Assembly (NCBI GenBank): GCA_965224085.1
Contig: CBDCYI010000004.1
Coordinates: 224,001-288,000, forward strand
Reading direction: 5' to 3'
Origin: Candidatus Marinacidobacterales bacterium
Lineage (GTDB): Bacteria; Acidobacteriota; Vicinamibacteria; Marinacidobacterales; SMYC01
Length of the DNA stretch: 64,000 nucleotides
Notes under the pieces: generated by a model
The model's input: only the letters and a program-made list of their open reading frames with translations
Database searches by the model: none
Told to the model about the DNA's origin: nothing
Translations under genes and position numbers: made by a program
Part shown: one piece after another, positions 1 to 9,083 of the stretch
Layout: each line of letters opens with the position of its first letter
Numbering within the stretch: the first letter of the stretch is position 1

Positions 1-1
1 A

Positions 2-874
2 TTCGTCGAATTCGATCCAGACACGGCGACCGTAATCCGGCGCTCCGAGCGCGTGCTCCGAGAAGTTCGGGAAGTCGCGACCCCGCATCCATCTCCCGTC
101 GGTGATTGGATCGCGTTCTCGCGTGAAGCGATCCAAGAAGACATCGTGCTCGTGCGACCCGACGGTAGCGACCTGCGTCCCATTACCGAGGATCTTCATC
201 GCGACCGCTTTCCGAGATGGGCGCCCGATGGTGAGCAGCTCGCGTTCTACTCGAACCGGAACGGAAGCTATGAGATCTGGACGATCCGCCCGGATGGCAT
301 GGGGCTCCGCCAACTCACCGATACCCCGGAGCGCAACTTGCACACGCCCGTTTGGTCTCCCGACGGAAGCCGCATGGCTTACGCGAGCCCCGACAGCGAT
401 GGCGCGCTCTTCGACCCGCGAGTGCCGTGGCAGGAACAGACTCCGGAGTCACTGCCTCCGTTCAGCGATACCGGCGATCAGTTCGTCGCCATCGACTGGT
501 CGCGTGATGGAAAGGCTCTCGTCGGCCATGTCCAAACAAGAAGCGGCATTCGAGCTGGCATCGCCATCTATTCGCTGGAAAGCCGCACCTACGAACGCCT
601 CACCAATTTCGGCGTCTATCCACAATGGCTCGGAGATGGACGCCGAATCGTGTTTCAGGGACAAGGTCCCGCTCGCTCACACGCACAGCATCAATATCAA
701 GAGGATTTCGATCTCTACATCGTGGATCGTGAGACGCGCGTCGCAGACCAAATCTACGCCGATCCCGCGGGCTCCGTCGAAAGCCCGGTCATAACCCGGG
801 ACTATCGCAGGGTCTATTTTTCGCTGACGGCGGTCGAAGCCAACATCTGGACACTCCACCTGGACGAGCCTTAG
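2..874 (+). CDS. TolB-like/PD40 beta-propeller protein, C-terminal part (5' end outside window; probably the tail of a kinase-TolB protein)
   Basis: Frame open from window start; repeated PxWSPDG-type motifs (PRWAPDG, PVWSPDG, WSRDG, PQWLGDG). Confidence 0.8.
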   Translation, partial: FVEFDPDTATVIRRSERVLREVREVATPHPSPVGDWIAFSREAIQEDIVLVRPDGSDLRPITEDLHRDRFPRWAPDGEQLAFYSNRNGSYEIWTIRPDGMGLRQLTDTPERNLHTPVWSPDGSRMAYASPDSDGALFDPRVPWQEQTPESLPPFSDTGDQFVAIDWSRDGKALVGHVQTRSGIRAGIAIYSLESRTYERLTNFGVYPQWLGDGRRIVFQGQGPARSHAQHQYQEDFDLYIVDRETRVADQIYADPAGSVESPVITRDYRRVYFSLTAVEANIWTLHLDEP

Positions 875-1152
875 GCTGAACGTATCATCATTATTAACCC
901 GGACGGACCCAGCCGCGCGCCATTGTCGGACACGGAGGCCGCGATGCGATCCGCGCGCCACGGAAGTATGTTTGGGCATGGCGAAGACGTCTGTCGCTGA
1001 CGAGCTCACGTGGTTCGAGAACACGCCTTAACCGCCACCGCTCACCTAGCTGCTAGTCTCACTCGAGCTTTCTGCTCAAGCAGCCCCGCGCCATTCGTAC
1101 CGGTGGTGCCGTCCAACCGCTCGCGGCAGTGTAACAACTCTCGCCTTTGAGG

Positions 1153-1263
1153 ATGGCCGAGGACTTCAGGATCACGATGCCGGACGAAGTACGGATGACT
1201 GTCACCGAAAGCACCTACACGTCGCCCATCTGGTACATTCCGGCGAACTACCTTGTGGCCTGA
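1153..1263 (+). pseudogene. Remnant C-terminus of a DUF3604-like protein
   Basis: Translates MAEDFRITMPDEVRMTVTESTYTSPIWYIP, resembling the DUF3604 C-terminal ERAYTSPIWY motif as recalled; no upstream gene body. Confidence 0.55.
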
Positions 1264-1317
1264 CGCGGTTCACCTTGCCGGAAGGAGTGAAGCAGCGACT
1301 CCAAAGATTGACTAGCT

Positions 1318-1665
1318 TCAAAGATTTCCGGAGCAGCGGTTCTCGTCGAGGATCCGCAGGAGCCAATCGAGCTCCATTCCCATGTGAGTGAGTAGTGTCC
1401 CGGCTTTCTCGTAGTCTTCCTGCTCGGCGGCTTCGACCATTTGTCCGGCCAGCGCCTCCACCCCTTCGGCCCCGATTTTGTGTGCGGTCGCGCGCAGCTC
1501 CTTGGACACTTCCCCGATGCGGATCGCGCGCTTGCGTTTGGCCGCTTTTTCGATCGCCTTTATCATCGCCGGAATCTGCACCTGAAAGTCCTCGAGAAGC
1601 TCTTCCAGCCGATCAGAATCGCCACCGAGGCGCTCGAGGGCGGCGCTACGGTCGAAGACTTCCAT
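1318..1665 (-). CDS. HPt (histidine phosphotransfer)-like domain protein, degenerate
   Basis: FDRSAALERLGGD...LLEDF N-terminus and ...IGA helix pattern typical of standalone HPt proteins. Confidence 0.7.
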   Translation of the reverse strand: MEVFDRSAALERLGGDSDRLEELLEDFQVQIPAMIKAIEKAAKRKRAIRIGEVSKELRATAHKIGAEGVEALAGQMVEAAEQEDYEKAGTLLTHMGMELDWLLRILDENRCSGNL

Positions 1666-1668
1666 GGA

Positions 1669-2004
1669 TCACCAGATCGGATTAGGCCGATAGAGCGGGT
1701 TGGCCCAAGGGCTCGATCCCGTGCCCGCTTCATCGTCGAGGCCTTGAGTCAGAACGAGATAATCAAGGATCCGCTTGCGTGTATCAGGCTCGAGCTCGAC
1801 GAGGCCTTGGGTTTCCTCCATCCACGTTAGCGTGGTGTCCCATGTCTTGCGGCTCATGTGTGAGGCGACGATGATCTCGGCCGTATGGCACTGTGTGCAA
1901 GCAGCCGTCACGATGTCGCGTCCTCGACCCGGCTTCAAAATGGAGTCAGAGGAGGTCTCTGCTTGCGCGAGAAGAACGAGAAAAATCCAAACGTTCACGA
2001 TCAT
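1669..2004 (-). CDS. Small monoheme cytochrome c (SorB/SorU-like partner of sulfite oxidase)
   Basis: Signal peptide, CTQCH heme motif, overlaps stop of upstream molybdoenzyme. Confidence 0.8.
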   Translation of the reverse strand: MIVNVWIFLVLLAQAETSSDSILKPGRGRDIVTAACTQCHTAEIIVASHMSRKTWDTTLTWMEETQGLVELEPDTRKRILDYLVLTQGLDDEAGTGSSPWANPLYRPNPIW

Positions 2005-3224
2005 CCTACGCGCACCGCGATGCGATGCATGGCGTTATTGAGATAGCCGCGAGGATTCCATCCCGGCACGACCATCGGCTGCTGGCGACCGGCATGGTCG
2101 GTGGCCCGCGCCCACACCTCGTAATGGCCCGGCGTCGGAAAACGGATGCTAGCCGACCAATGCTGCCATGCAAAGGGATTCTTGGGCGAGCGGAGCTCCC
2201 CTTCGATCCACGTCGCGCCGAAATCGTGACTCACGTGCATCGCGGACACGGGTCCGTCGCCGCACCACGCGTGGCCGCGGAGTGCCATCGCCTCGCCCGA
2301 GGTAACTTCGACGCCCGTCGAGGGACGCGTGATCATCGACTTCACCGGCATCGCTTCGATGATCTCCATCGCTTCTTCCGGCACGTCGGCGCCCGGCTCC
2401 ACCGGGTGACGCGGGACGCGATAGGAGTAGCCGCCCATCTTTGCGCCGTCGTGAACGCGGTCGCGCACCCAGAGCCTTTCGAGCCACTTTCCTGACGTGG
2501 AGGCCGGATAGCCCGGCGCGACAAGCCGGAGTGGGAAGCCGTGTTGCGCCGGCAGCGGCTCACCGTTCATCTCCCAAGAGAGGAGCGTCCACGGGTCGAG
2601 CGCTTTCGCGATGGGGATGCCCCGCGAGATGGGCACCGCGTCCGGATCGCCGCTCAGATGAAGGTCTTCGCCATAATACGCGACGTAGACCGCGCTCGAT
2701 TCGACGCCGGCATCCTCCAAAACGTCTCTCAACTCCACGCCCGTATAGCGCGCACAACCCACAGCCCCGAGCTTCCACTGGTTGCCGCTTGCCGGGGGCC
2801 GGAATCCGGCGCGGCCGTTTCCGCCGCATTCTAAGTGCAGGAGCGCTGTCTTGTTGGAATAGCGTTCTTTCAAATCGTCGAGCGTGAGTTTCAACGGATG
2901 ACGCACGACGCCATCGACGGTGAGCGACCAGCCGCTCAGGTCGCGGGTGGTCGCGCGTTCGGGAACGAGGCCGTTGTTACGAATGAAATGCACCGCGTTT
3001 CCGGTCACTTCCTCGTCAAGAAGGGCAATCGGCGTTTCAGCGTTGATGGGGCGGTCGTTCAGGACGGTGATGCCTTCTTTGCCTTGGATGACGCCTTGTT
3101 TGCCTTCATTGACGATTGCTTCTTGGTTCTGCGCGAGGGGCATTTTCTCCGAGAAGAGCCACGCGGCCGAGGCCGATCCCACGGTACGAAGGAACTGCCG
3201 ACGGTGCTTTCGAGCCATGCCCAC
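2001..3224 (-). CDS. Tat-exported sulfite oxidase-family molybdoenzyme (SorA/SorT-like)
   Basis: RRQFL Tat motif, HFIRNN, LECGGNGR Mo-binding Cys, HGFPLRL, WNPRGY. Confidence 0.9.
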   Translation of the reverse strand: MGMARKHRRQFLRTVGSASAAWLFSEKMPLAQNQEAIVNEGKQGVIQGKEGITVLNDRPINAETPIALLDEEVTGNAVHFIRNNGLVPERATTRDLSGWSLTVDGVVRHPLKLTLDDLKERYSNKTALLHLECGGNGRAGFRPPASGNQWKLGAVGCARYTGVELRDVLEDAGVESSAVYVAYYGEDLHLSGDPDAVPISRGIPIAKALDPWTLLSWEMNGEPLPAQHGFPLRLVAPGYPASTSGKWLERLWVRDRVHDGAKMGGYSYRVPRHPVEPGADVPEEAMEIIEAMPVKSMITRPSTGVEVTSGEAMALRGHAWCGDGPVSAMHVSHDFGATWIEGELRSPKNPFAWQHWSASIRFPTPGHYEVWARATDHAGRQQPMVVPGWNPRGYLNNAMHRIAVRVG

Positions 3225-3273
3225 GATTATATCAGCGACTACAGCATGCTAAGATCGTTGTCATCCCAACAAA

Positions 3274-4551
3274 ATGAACGACTCCGAACCGCGCGTCACC
3301 ATTGTCTCCGCCGGACAGTTGTCGACCTGTCCGCGCATGGTGAAAGCCGCGGACGCACTCTACGCCGAAGGCTATCGGGTGCGCGTGGTGATGAATCGGC
3401 GCGCGGACTGGGCGTCGCAATCCGACGGTCTTCTCGAAGCGGAACGGCCTTGGCTCGACGTCACGACGATCGACGAGCGGCGCTCGGCGGATACCGGAGC
3501 ATCCTCGACATTTTGGATGGGTGCCGCGCGCTACCATATCGCGCGACACATCACCCGCACTCTCGGTGTCGCCCGCGCGAGCGCCCCTCTCCGGCGACGC
3601 GCGCTCGTTCGCTCGTCCGAAGCTCTCCTTGAAGCGACCATATCGAAGCCCACCGACTTTCTCTACTTCGGAGGCGGGAGTTACCCTATCGCTCGAGCGG
3701 CCGCGCAACGGATGAGCGTGCCATACGCCATCGACTTCGAAGACTTCCACCGCGGCGAGCAAGACAGCTCAGCCGACGGAAAGTTTCAAAGCGAGCTCAC
3801 CGCTTCCGTCGAGGCTGAAGCAGCTCGCGACGCGCGCTTCGTCTCCATGGGAAGCCCACTCATCTCCGCCAGCTACAAAGAGTGTCTCGGTGTAAGCGGC
3901 GTCGTGGTGCACAACGTGTTCCCGCTGCCGAGCGAAGCCCCAGCATTCGAGCTTCCGCGAGGACCGCTGAAACTCTATTGGTTCTCCCAGACGATCGGAC
4001 CCGGCCGCGGGATCGAGCACGCGATCCGCGGCGCGGGTGCCGCGGCTATCGAAACGGAGCTTCACCTGCGTGGCCGCATCGAGGGAAGCTATCGCGAGAG
4101 CCTCGAGTCGCTCGCCCAAAAAGTAGCTCCCAAGCTGAAGCTTGTGATTCACCAACCGAGCGCATCGGCCGGCATGATCGATGCCTGCCGCCCCTTCGAT
4201 ATCGGATTGTCTCTCGAGACCGGCGCTATCCCGAACACGCGCGTTCTCTTGTCCAACAAAGTTTTTACCTACTTGCTCGCAGGTCTCGCGACGATCTATT
4301 CGGACACACCAGCGCAGCGCGCTTTTTGCGATGGGCTCGGCGATCGCCAGCCGATCTGTGCGCTCGATGATACGGCCGCGCTTGCGAATATCTTGAAGAC
4401 GTGGGATGCGGATCGCGCCTCGTTGCTGGCCGCGCAGCAAGATGCTTGGCAATGGGCGAAGCGCCGCTGGCATTGGGAACACGACGACGAGCGCGGCGCC
4501 CTCCGCCAACTCTTCGACGAGCATCTTCCCAAGGTGGCTCGGTGCGCATAG
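3274..4551 (+). CDS. GT-B glycosyltransferase (GT4-like)
   Basis: CPRMVKAADAL N-terminus, WFSQTIGPGRG, LSNKVFTYLLAG motifs. Confidence 0.8.
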   Translation: MNDSEPRVTIVSAGQLSTCPRMVKAADALYAEGYRVRVVMNRRADWASQSDGLLEAERPWLDVTTIDERRSADTGASSTFWMGAARYHIARHITRTLGVARASAPLRRRALVRSSEALLEATISKPTDFLYFGGGSYPIARAAAQRMSVPYAIDFEDFHRGEQDSSADGKFQSELTASVEAEAARDARFVSMGSPLISASYKECLGVSGVVVHNVFPLPSEAPAFELPRGPLKLYWFSQTIGPGRGIEHAIRGAGAAAIETELHLRGRIEGSYRESLESLAQKVAPKLKLVIHQPSASAGMIDACRPFDIGLSLETGAIPNTRVLLSNKVFTYLLAGLATIYSDTPAQRAFCDGLGDRQPICALDDTAALANILKTWDADRASLLAAQQDAWQWAKRRWHWEHDDERGALRQLFDEHLPKVARCA

Positions 4552-5628
4552 CCATCACCGCCGATCCCTACATACCGGTTCCGCCCAAGTTCTATGGCGG
4601 CATCGAGCGCGTCCTGGCTCTCCTGGTTGACGGGCTAGTCGCGAACGGTCATGACGTCGTCCTGCTCGGTCATCCGGAAAGCAACACCGAGGCTCGACTC
4701 GTTCCTTATGGGGCGCCGCCTCACACGGGGCGGGTGGACCGGACTCGAGAGCTCTTTCAAGTCGGAACGTGGTTGTGGCGGCATAGCCACGAGCTCGATG
4801 TCGTCCACAGCTTTGGGCGATTAGCCGCGCTCCTCCCGATTCTGCCCGCAGACTCGGCCCGTCAAGATTCAAAGCTACCAGCGCGCGATACCTTGGGCCG
4901 GCGTTCACCGCGCCGTCAGGCTCGCACGGCAATCACTGAGTTTCACCGGTTGCTCGACGGCCATGTACAAGAACTCTATAGCCGGAGAATGGCACACCGT
5001 TTACAACTGTGTCGACGTAGACCGTTTTGACTTCAAACCTCGCGTCCCGGATAATGCGCCGTTGATGTTCTTGGGTCGTATCGAATCCATCAAAGGGACG
5101 CACGAGGCCATCCAGATCGCCCTTCAAAGCGGCAGCGATCTTGTCGTGGCCGGGAATCGCGTCGACGAAGACGGTGGCTATTTCGAAGACAAAGTCGAGC
5201 CGTTCATCGACGGTCGACAAATCCGATATGTCGGTCCGGTCGATGATGAAGCGAAAAACGCTTTGCTCGGACGAGCTTCGGCGTTCCTCATGCCGATAGG
5301 ATGGGAAGAACCCTTCGGTATCGTCATGGCCGAAGCGCTAGCTTGTGGCACGCCAGTCATTGGTTTCGCCCGTGGGAGTGTGCCGGAGGTCGTCCGCGAA
5401 GGCGAGACAGGCTACGTCGTTCAAAACGTCGCCGAAGCGGTCGATGTGGTCGAGCGCATTCCGTCTTTGCCACGCGAGGCGGCCCGACGCGACGCCGAAG
5501 AGCGGTTCAGTGCGAAAGCGATCCTGCGGGGTTATCTCGAGCTGTACGACGCTCAGCTCGCGATCCCTCGCGGCGCCCAGTCCGACACCGCCGCCTCTAC
5601 GGCCTCGATTTCGCCCGTAAAAAAATGA
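4542..5628 (+). pseudogene. GT4 glycosyltransferase, frameshifted near 4845-4860
   Basis: GTG start VRIAITADPYIPVPPKFYGGIER in one frame; continuation KIQSYQR...FLGRIESIKG...WEEPFGIVMAEALACGTPV in another. Confidence 0.8.
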
Positions 5629-6200
5629 TCGCTCCCGGGGATCACGACGAGCTCTTTAGGCTCGGGAACACGCTCGAGCAAGCTTTCGATGGCCGCCACG
5701 TTGCCGAATGGATCGAGCTCGCCTTGGATGAATAATTTGGGCTTGGTGATCGACTCGACGAACCGCGTGCGCGGGAGTACTTTGACCGGAAGCCCCAAAG
5801 CCAAAAACGCTGCGACGCGCGGGTCAGAACCGCCGACGCGAAGCCCCATGACGGAGCCGAAAGAATGGCCTCCGGACACGACGGGGCGGCCGGGAAGCTC
5901 TCGCTCGAGCCAATCGAGCGCAGCGCGGACGTCGTCCTGCTCACCCTTGCCGTCGTCATGCGTGCCTTCACAGAGGCCGACGCCGCGAAAGTTGAACCGC
6001 AGGACGGCGAAGCCAAGCGCTTGAAACACTTTGGCCACCCGGAACAACAATTTGTAGCGCATGACGCCTCCGTGAGCCGGGTGCGCGTGGCAGAGAAGGG
6101 CGGCCCCTTCGGCGGGCCCTTTCGGCGTCATCCATATCGCCTCCAGGCGGCCAACCGGGCCCTCGATCTCGATGGGTTTTGTCTGCATACGCTGCGTCAT
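5553..6200 (-). CDS. Alpha/beta hydrolase
   Basis: HAHPAHGG, LRFNFRGVG, GHSFG nucleophile elbow, DHFF. Confidence 0.85.
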   Translation of the reverse strand: MTQRMQTKPIEIEGPVGRLEAIWMTPKGPAEGAALLCHAHPAHGGVMRYKLLFRVAKVFQALGFAVLRFNFRGVGLCEGTHDDGKGEQDDVRAALDWLERELPGRPVVSGGHSFGSVMGLRVGGSDPRVAAFLALGLPVKVLPRTRFVESITKPKLFIQGELDPFGNVAAIESLLERVPEPKELVVIPGSDHFFTGEIEAVEAAVSDWAPRGIAS

Positions 6201-6261
6201 CTCATGAATTCAGACTAGGATAGCTGAGCGAGCGCGCATTAAGCATTGAGCAGACGATAGG

Positions 6262-7206
6262 ATGAATCACGTCATCGCTCTTTTCGGGGTCGTCTTGATC
6301 GGGATGTCTCCGATTTGGGTCGCGCTCGCGGGAGTCTCTCCCGCCACGGCGACATTCTACCGTTGCGCCTACGCGCTTCCTGCTCTTCTCGTCATATGGT
6401 TTGTCGGGCGCAAGCGCGACAGCCGCTCGCCACGTGTACGCCTCATGGCCTTCGCGAGCGGTCTCATGCTCGCCGCAGATTTGACGATCTGGCACCACAG
6501 CATCGAGCTCATCGGCGCAGGCTTGTCCACGGTGCTCGCAAATATCCAAGTGGTCTTCGTCGGTCTTCTCGCTTGGCTCTTCCACCGCGAGCGGCCGACG
6601 CGCGTCGCGTTTCAAATGATCCCCGTCGTGCTCGTCGGCGCCACCCTCATCTCGGGATTGGCACAAGACGACGCCTACGGTAAAGCGCCGGTGACGGGCG
6701 CGATACTCGCGGTGACGAGCGGTCTTCTTTATGCGAGCTTTATTCTCACCCTTCGCGCGTCGAACCGCGTCCTGGCGCCGCCGGCGGGCCCATTACTCGA
6801 CGCGAGCGCCGGCGGCGCCCTCACGGCCCTCGCCATCGGGCCGTTTTCACCCGGGTTCGATGTCACATGGTTGAACGTCACATGGCCGAGCCATGGCTAT
6901 CTCGCCGCGCTCGCACTCGGCTCCCAAGTGGTGGGCTGGCTCTTCATTACCTATGTGCTCCCACGGCTGGCTGCACTCGAGACGTCGCTCTTGTTATTGT
7001 TACAGCCGATGTTCGCCGTCGCGGTCGCGGCTCTTTGGCTCGGCGAGAGGATTTCGGCGCTGCAGGGATTGGGTATCTTCCTCGTCATCGGCGGTGTAGG
7101 GTATGTCTCGCTGAAGGGCGCGACGAAAGAGCCTCGAGAGAAAGACGACAAATGGATTTCGGAAAGCACTATCTCGAAAACACGGCCTTCGAGCTCGGGC
7201 GCCTGA
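6262..7206 (+). CDS. DMT/EamA family transporter
   Basis: About 10 hydrophobic segments in two repeats; LLLLQP motif. Confidence 0.85.
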   Translation: MNHVIALFGVVLIGMSPIWVALAGVSPATATFYRCAYALPALLVIWFVGRKRDSRSPRVRLMAFASGLMLAADLTIWHHSIELIGAGLSTVLANIQVVFVGLLAWLFHRERPTRVAFQMIPVVLVGATLISGLAQDDAYGKAPVTGAILAVTSGLLYASFILTLRASNRVLAPPAGPLLDASAGGALTALAIGPFSPGFDVTWLNVTWPSHGYLAALALGSQVVGWLFITYVLPRLAALETSLLLLLQPMFAVAVAALWLGERISALQGLGIFLVIGGVGYVSLKGATKEPREKDDKWISESTISKTRPSSSGA

Positions 7207-7688
7207 AGCGGCTCGCGGAAGCCGCGATGGAGCAAATCCCGGACGATGCGGGATTGCACATCGAGCTCGACGATGCGTCGAACTCGATCGCTGTGATCCT
7301 CCAACACTTGAGCGGCAATATGGTCTCGCGTTGGACCGACTTTCTCACGACCGACGGCGAGAAACCGGACCGGCATCGTGACCGCGAGTTCGAGGCGCAA
7401 CCCGACCGCACCCGGGACGAGCTTATGGCCCTTTGGGACCGCGGCTGGTCGACGCTCTTCGCCTCCTTTGACGCACTCACGCCCAAAGCGCTCGAGCGCA
7501 AAGTGACCATCCGCGGAGAAGAGCTCACCGTACCCGAGGCTATTCAGCGCCAAGTCGTACACGCCGCCTACCACGTCGGCCAGATCGTCTATCTCGCCCG
7601 CCACGCGAGCTCCAAAAGCGGCTGGAAGAGCGTGAGCATGCCTAAAGGAAGCTCGGAGAACGCGAAGGGAGGGTACAAAACGCTATAA
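7152..7688 (+). CDS. DUF1572/DinB-like protein
   Basis: NSIAVILQHLSGNMVSRWTDFLTTDGEKPDRHRDREF and HAAYHVGQIV motifs. Confidence 0.85.
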   Translation: MDFGKHYLENTAFELGRLKRLAEAAMEQIPDDAGLHIELDDASNSIAVILQHLSGNMVSRWTDFLTTDGEKPDRHRDREFEAQPDRTRDELMALWDRGWSTLFASFDALTPKALERKVTIRGEELTVPEAIQRQVVHAAYHVGQIVYLARHASSKSGWKSVSMPKGSSENAKGGYKTL

Positions 7689-7697
7689 TCCCGCTAC

Positions 7698-8348
7698 ATG
7701 AAAAGGCGTCTTCTCGCGAGCGCGCTCGCGCTCGTGGCGGTTTCTGCGTGCTCCGGCCGCCGCGCGCCGACGTCACCGGACCGACCTCCGTCGCGCGTCG
7801 AAGAAGGCCTCGCCTCGTGGTACGGGCTCGAGGAAGCCGGCCGCGCCACCGCGAGCGGCGAGCCCATGGCGCCCGAGAAACTGACAGCCGCGCATAAAAG
7901 CCTTGCTTTCGGATCGCTCGTTCGCGTCACCGATCTCGACACCGGGAAACGCGTGGATGTGATCATCAACGATCGCGGCCCTTTCGTCCGCGGCCGAATC
8001 ATCGACTTGTCCTTCGCGGCAGCGAGGGATCTCGGGATCGTCGAAAAAGGCGTCGCCCGCGTCCGGATGGAAGTGATTGGTCTCGCGGGCCCCCTCGCCG
8101 AGCGGCGGTGGCGCGTTCAAGCGGGCTCTTTCGAAGCCGAAGCACGCGCGCAGGAGCTTCTCACGTCGCTCCAGGCCCAAGGTCACGGACCCGTATTGCT
8201 CACCGAGTTCGAAAATGAGGGCGTGCTCTACCATCGCGTGTGGGTCGGCTCGTTTCGCGAGCGCGACGGCGCCGAGCGCCTCCTGCGACAACTTCAGCTC
8301 CAAGGCTTCAGCGGCTTCGTCATCCTCGCCGCCGCCACTAGCTCCTAG
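7698..8348 (+). CDS. rlpA: Septal ring lytic transglycosylase RlpA with SPOR domain (lipoprotein)
   Basis: Lipobox VSAC, ASWYG, TAAHK, INDRGPF, IIDLSFAAA; C-terminal VQAGSF SPOR. Confidence 0.9.
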   Translation: MKRRLLASALALVAVSACSGRRAPTSPDRPPSRVEEGLASWYGLEEAGRATASGEPMAPEKLTAAHKSLAFGSLVRVTDLDTGKRVDVIINDRGPFVRGRIIDLSFAAARDLGIVEKGVARVRMEVIGLAGPLAERRWRVQAGSFEAEARAQELLTSLQAQGHGPVLLTEFENEGVLYHRVWVGSFRERDGAERLLRQLQLQGFSGFVILAAATSS

Positions 8349-9030
8349 CCCCTAGCTTCTTGACGACGCCCCGGCGTGGACAGAGGGACTGAACCGAGCA
8401 TTGATCGCATTTCGGGCCGATGGGCCTGCAGACGAGCTGACCGTGTGCGACCAACAACACATTGACGCGCCCTCGCCACCGCACCGGCACGTGAGGTGTG
8501 AGCCGCGCTTCAGTTTTTTCGGGCGTTTGGGTACGGACCCAGTCGAGCCGGTTCGAAATGCGATGGACGTGCGTATCGACGGCGATGGTCGGCTTCCCGA
8601 AGCAATGGGCGAGCACGAGGTTCGCGCATTTGGGGCCGATCCCGGGAAGCTCGGTGAGGCCTTCGCGCGTCCGGGGTACGACACCGCCCCGCTCCATGAT
8701 GGCGTCGGACAAGGCGTGGAGCGTTCGCGCCTTTTGGCGGTAAAAGCCGGCGCCGTAGAGCAGCCGCTCGAGCCGACGGAGGGGCAGCCGACGGAGCTCT
8801 TCCGGCGTGGTCGCCTCGGCAAAGATTTTCGCGCAGACACGGGTCGTTTGCGCGTCCCGGACGCGCTGGCTCACCAGGCAGCTCACGAGCTCGAGAAAAG
8901 GCGAGCGGTTCGTCGAGAACGGGCCACCGTAGACAGGTGCACCGCGATAGCGACCCTTGCGGGTCTCGCTTGAAAGCTTCCGCAAGACCGCAACGATGCG
9001 CTCGGTGCGCGGGAGTCGTGTGTCCGACAT
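8338..9030 (-). CDS. nth: Endonuclease III
   Basis: HhH motif LPGIGPKCA, VDTHVHRISNR, C-terminal 4Fe-4S CxxxxxxCxxCxxxxxC. Confidence 0.9.
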   Translation of the reverse strand: MSDTRLPRTERIVAVLRKLSSETRKGRYRGAPVYGGPFSTNRSPFLELVSCLVSQRVRDAQTTRVCAKIFAEATTPEELRRLPLRRLERLLYGAGFYRQKARTLHALSDAIMERGGVVPRTREGLTELPGIGPKCANLVLAHCFGKPTIAVDTHVHRISNRLDWVRTQTPEKTEARLTPHVPVRWRGRVNVLLVAHGQLVCRPIGPKCDQCSVQSLCPRRGVVKKLGARS

Positions 9031-9083
9031 CGAGGCCCCAAGTCTAATTGGGAGCTTGACGCGAATCGAGTCAAAATAGGGTC

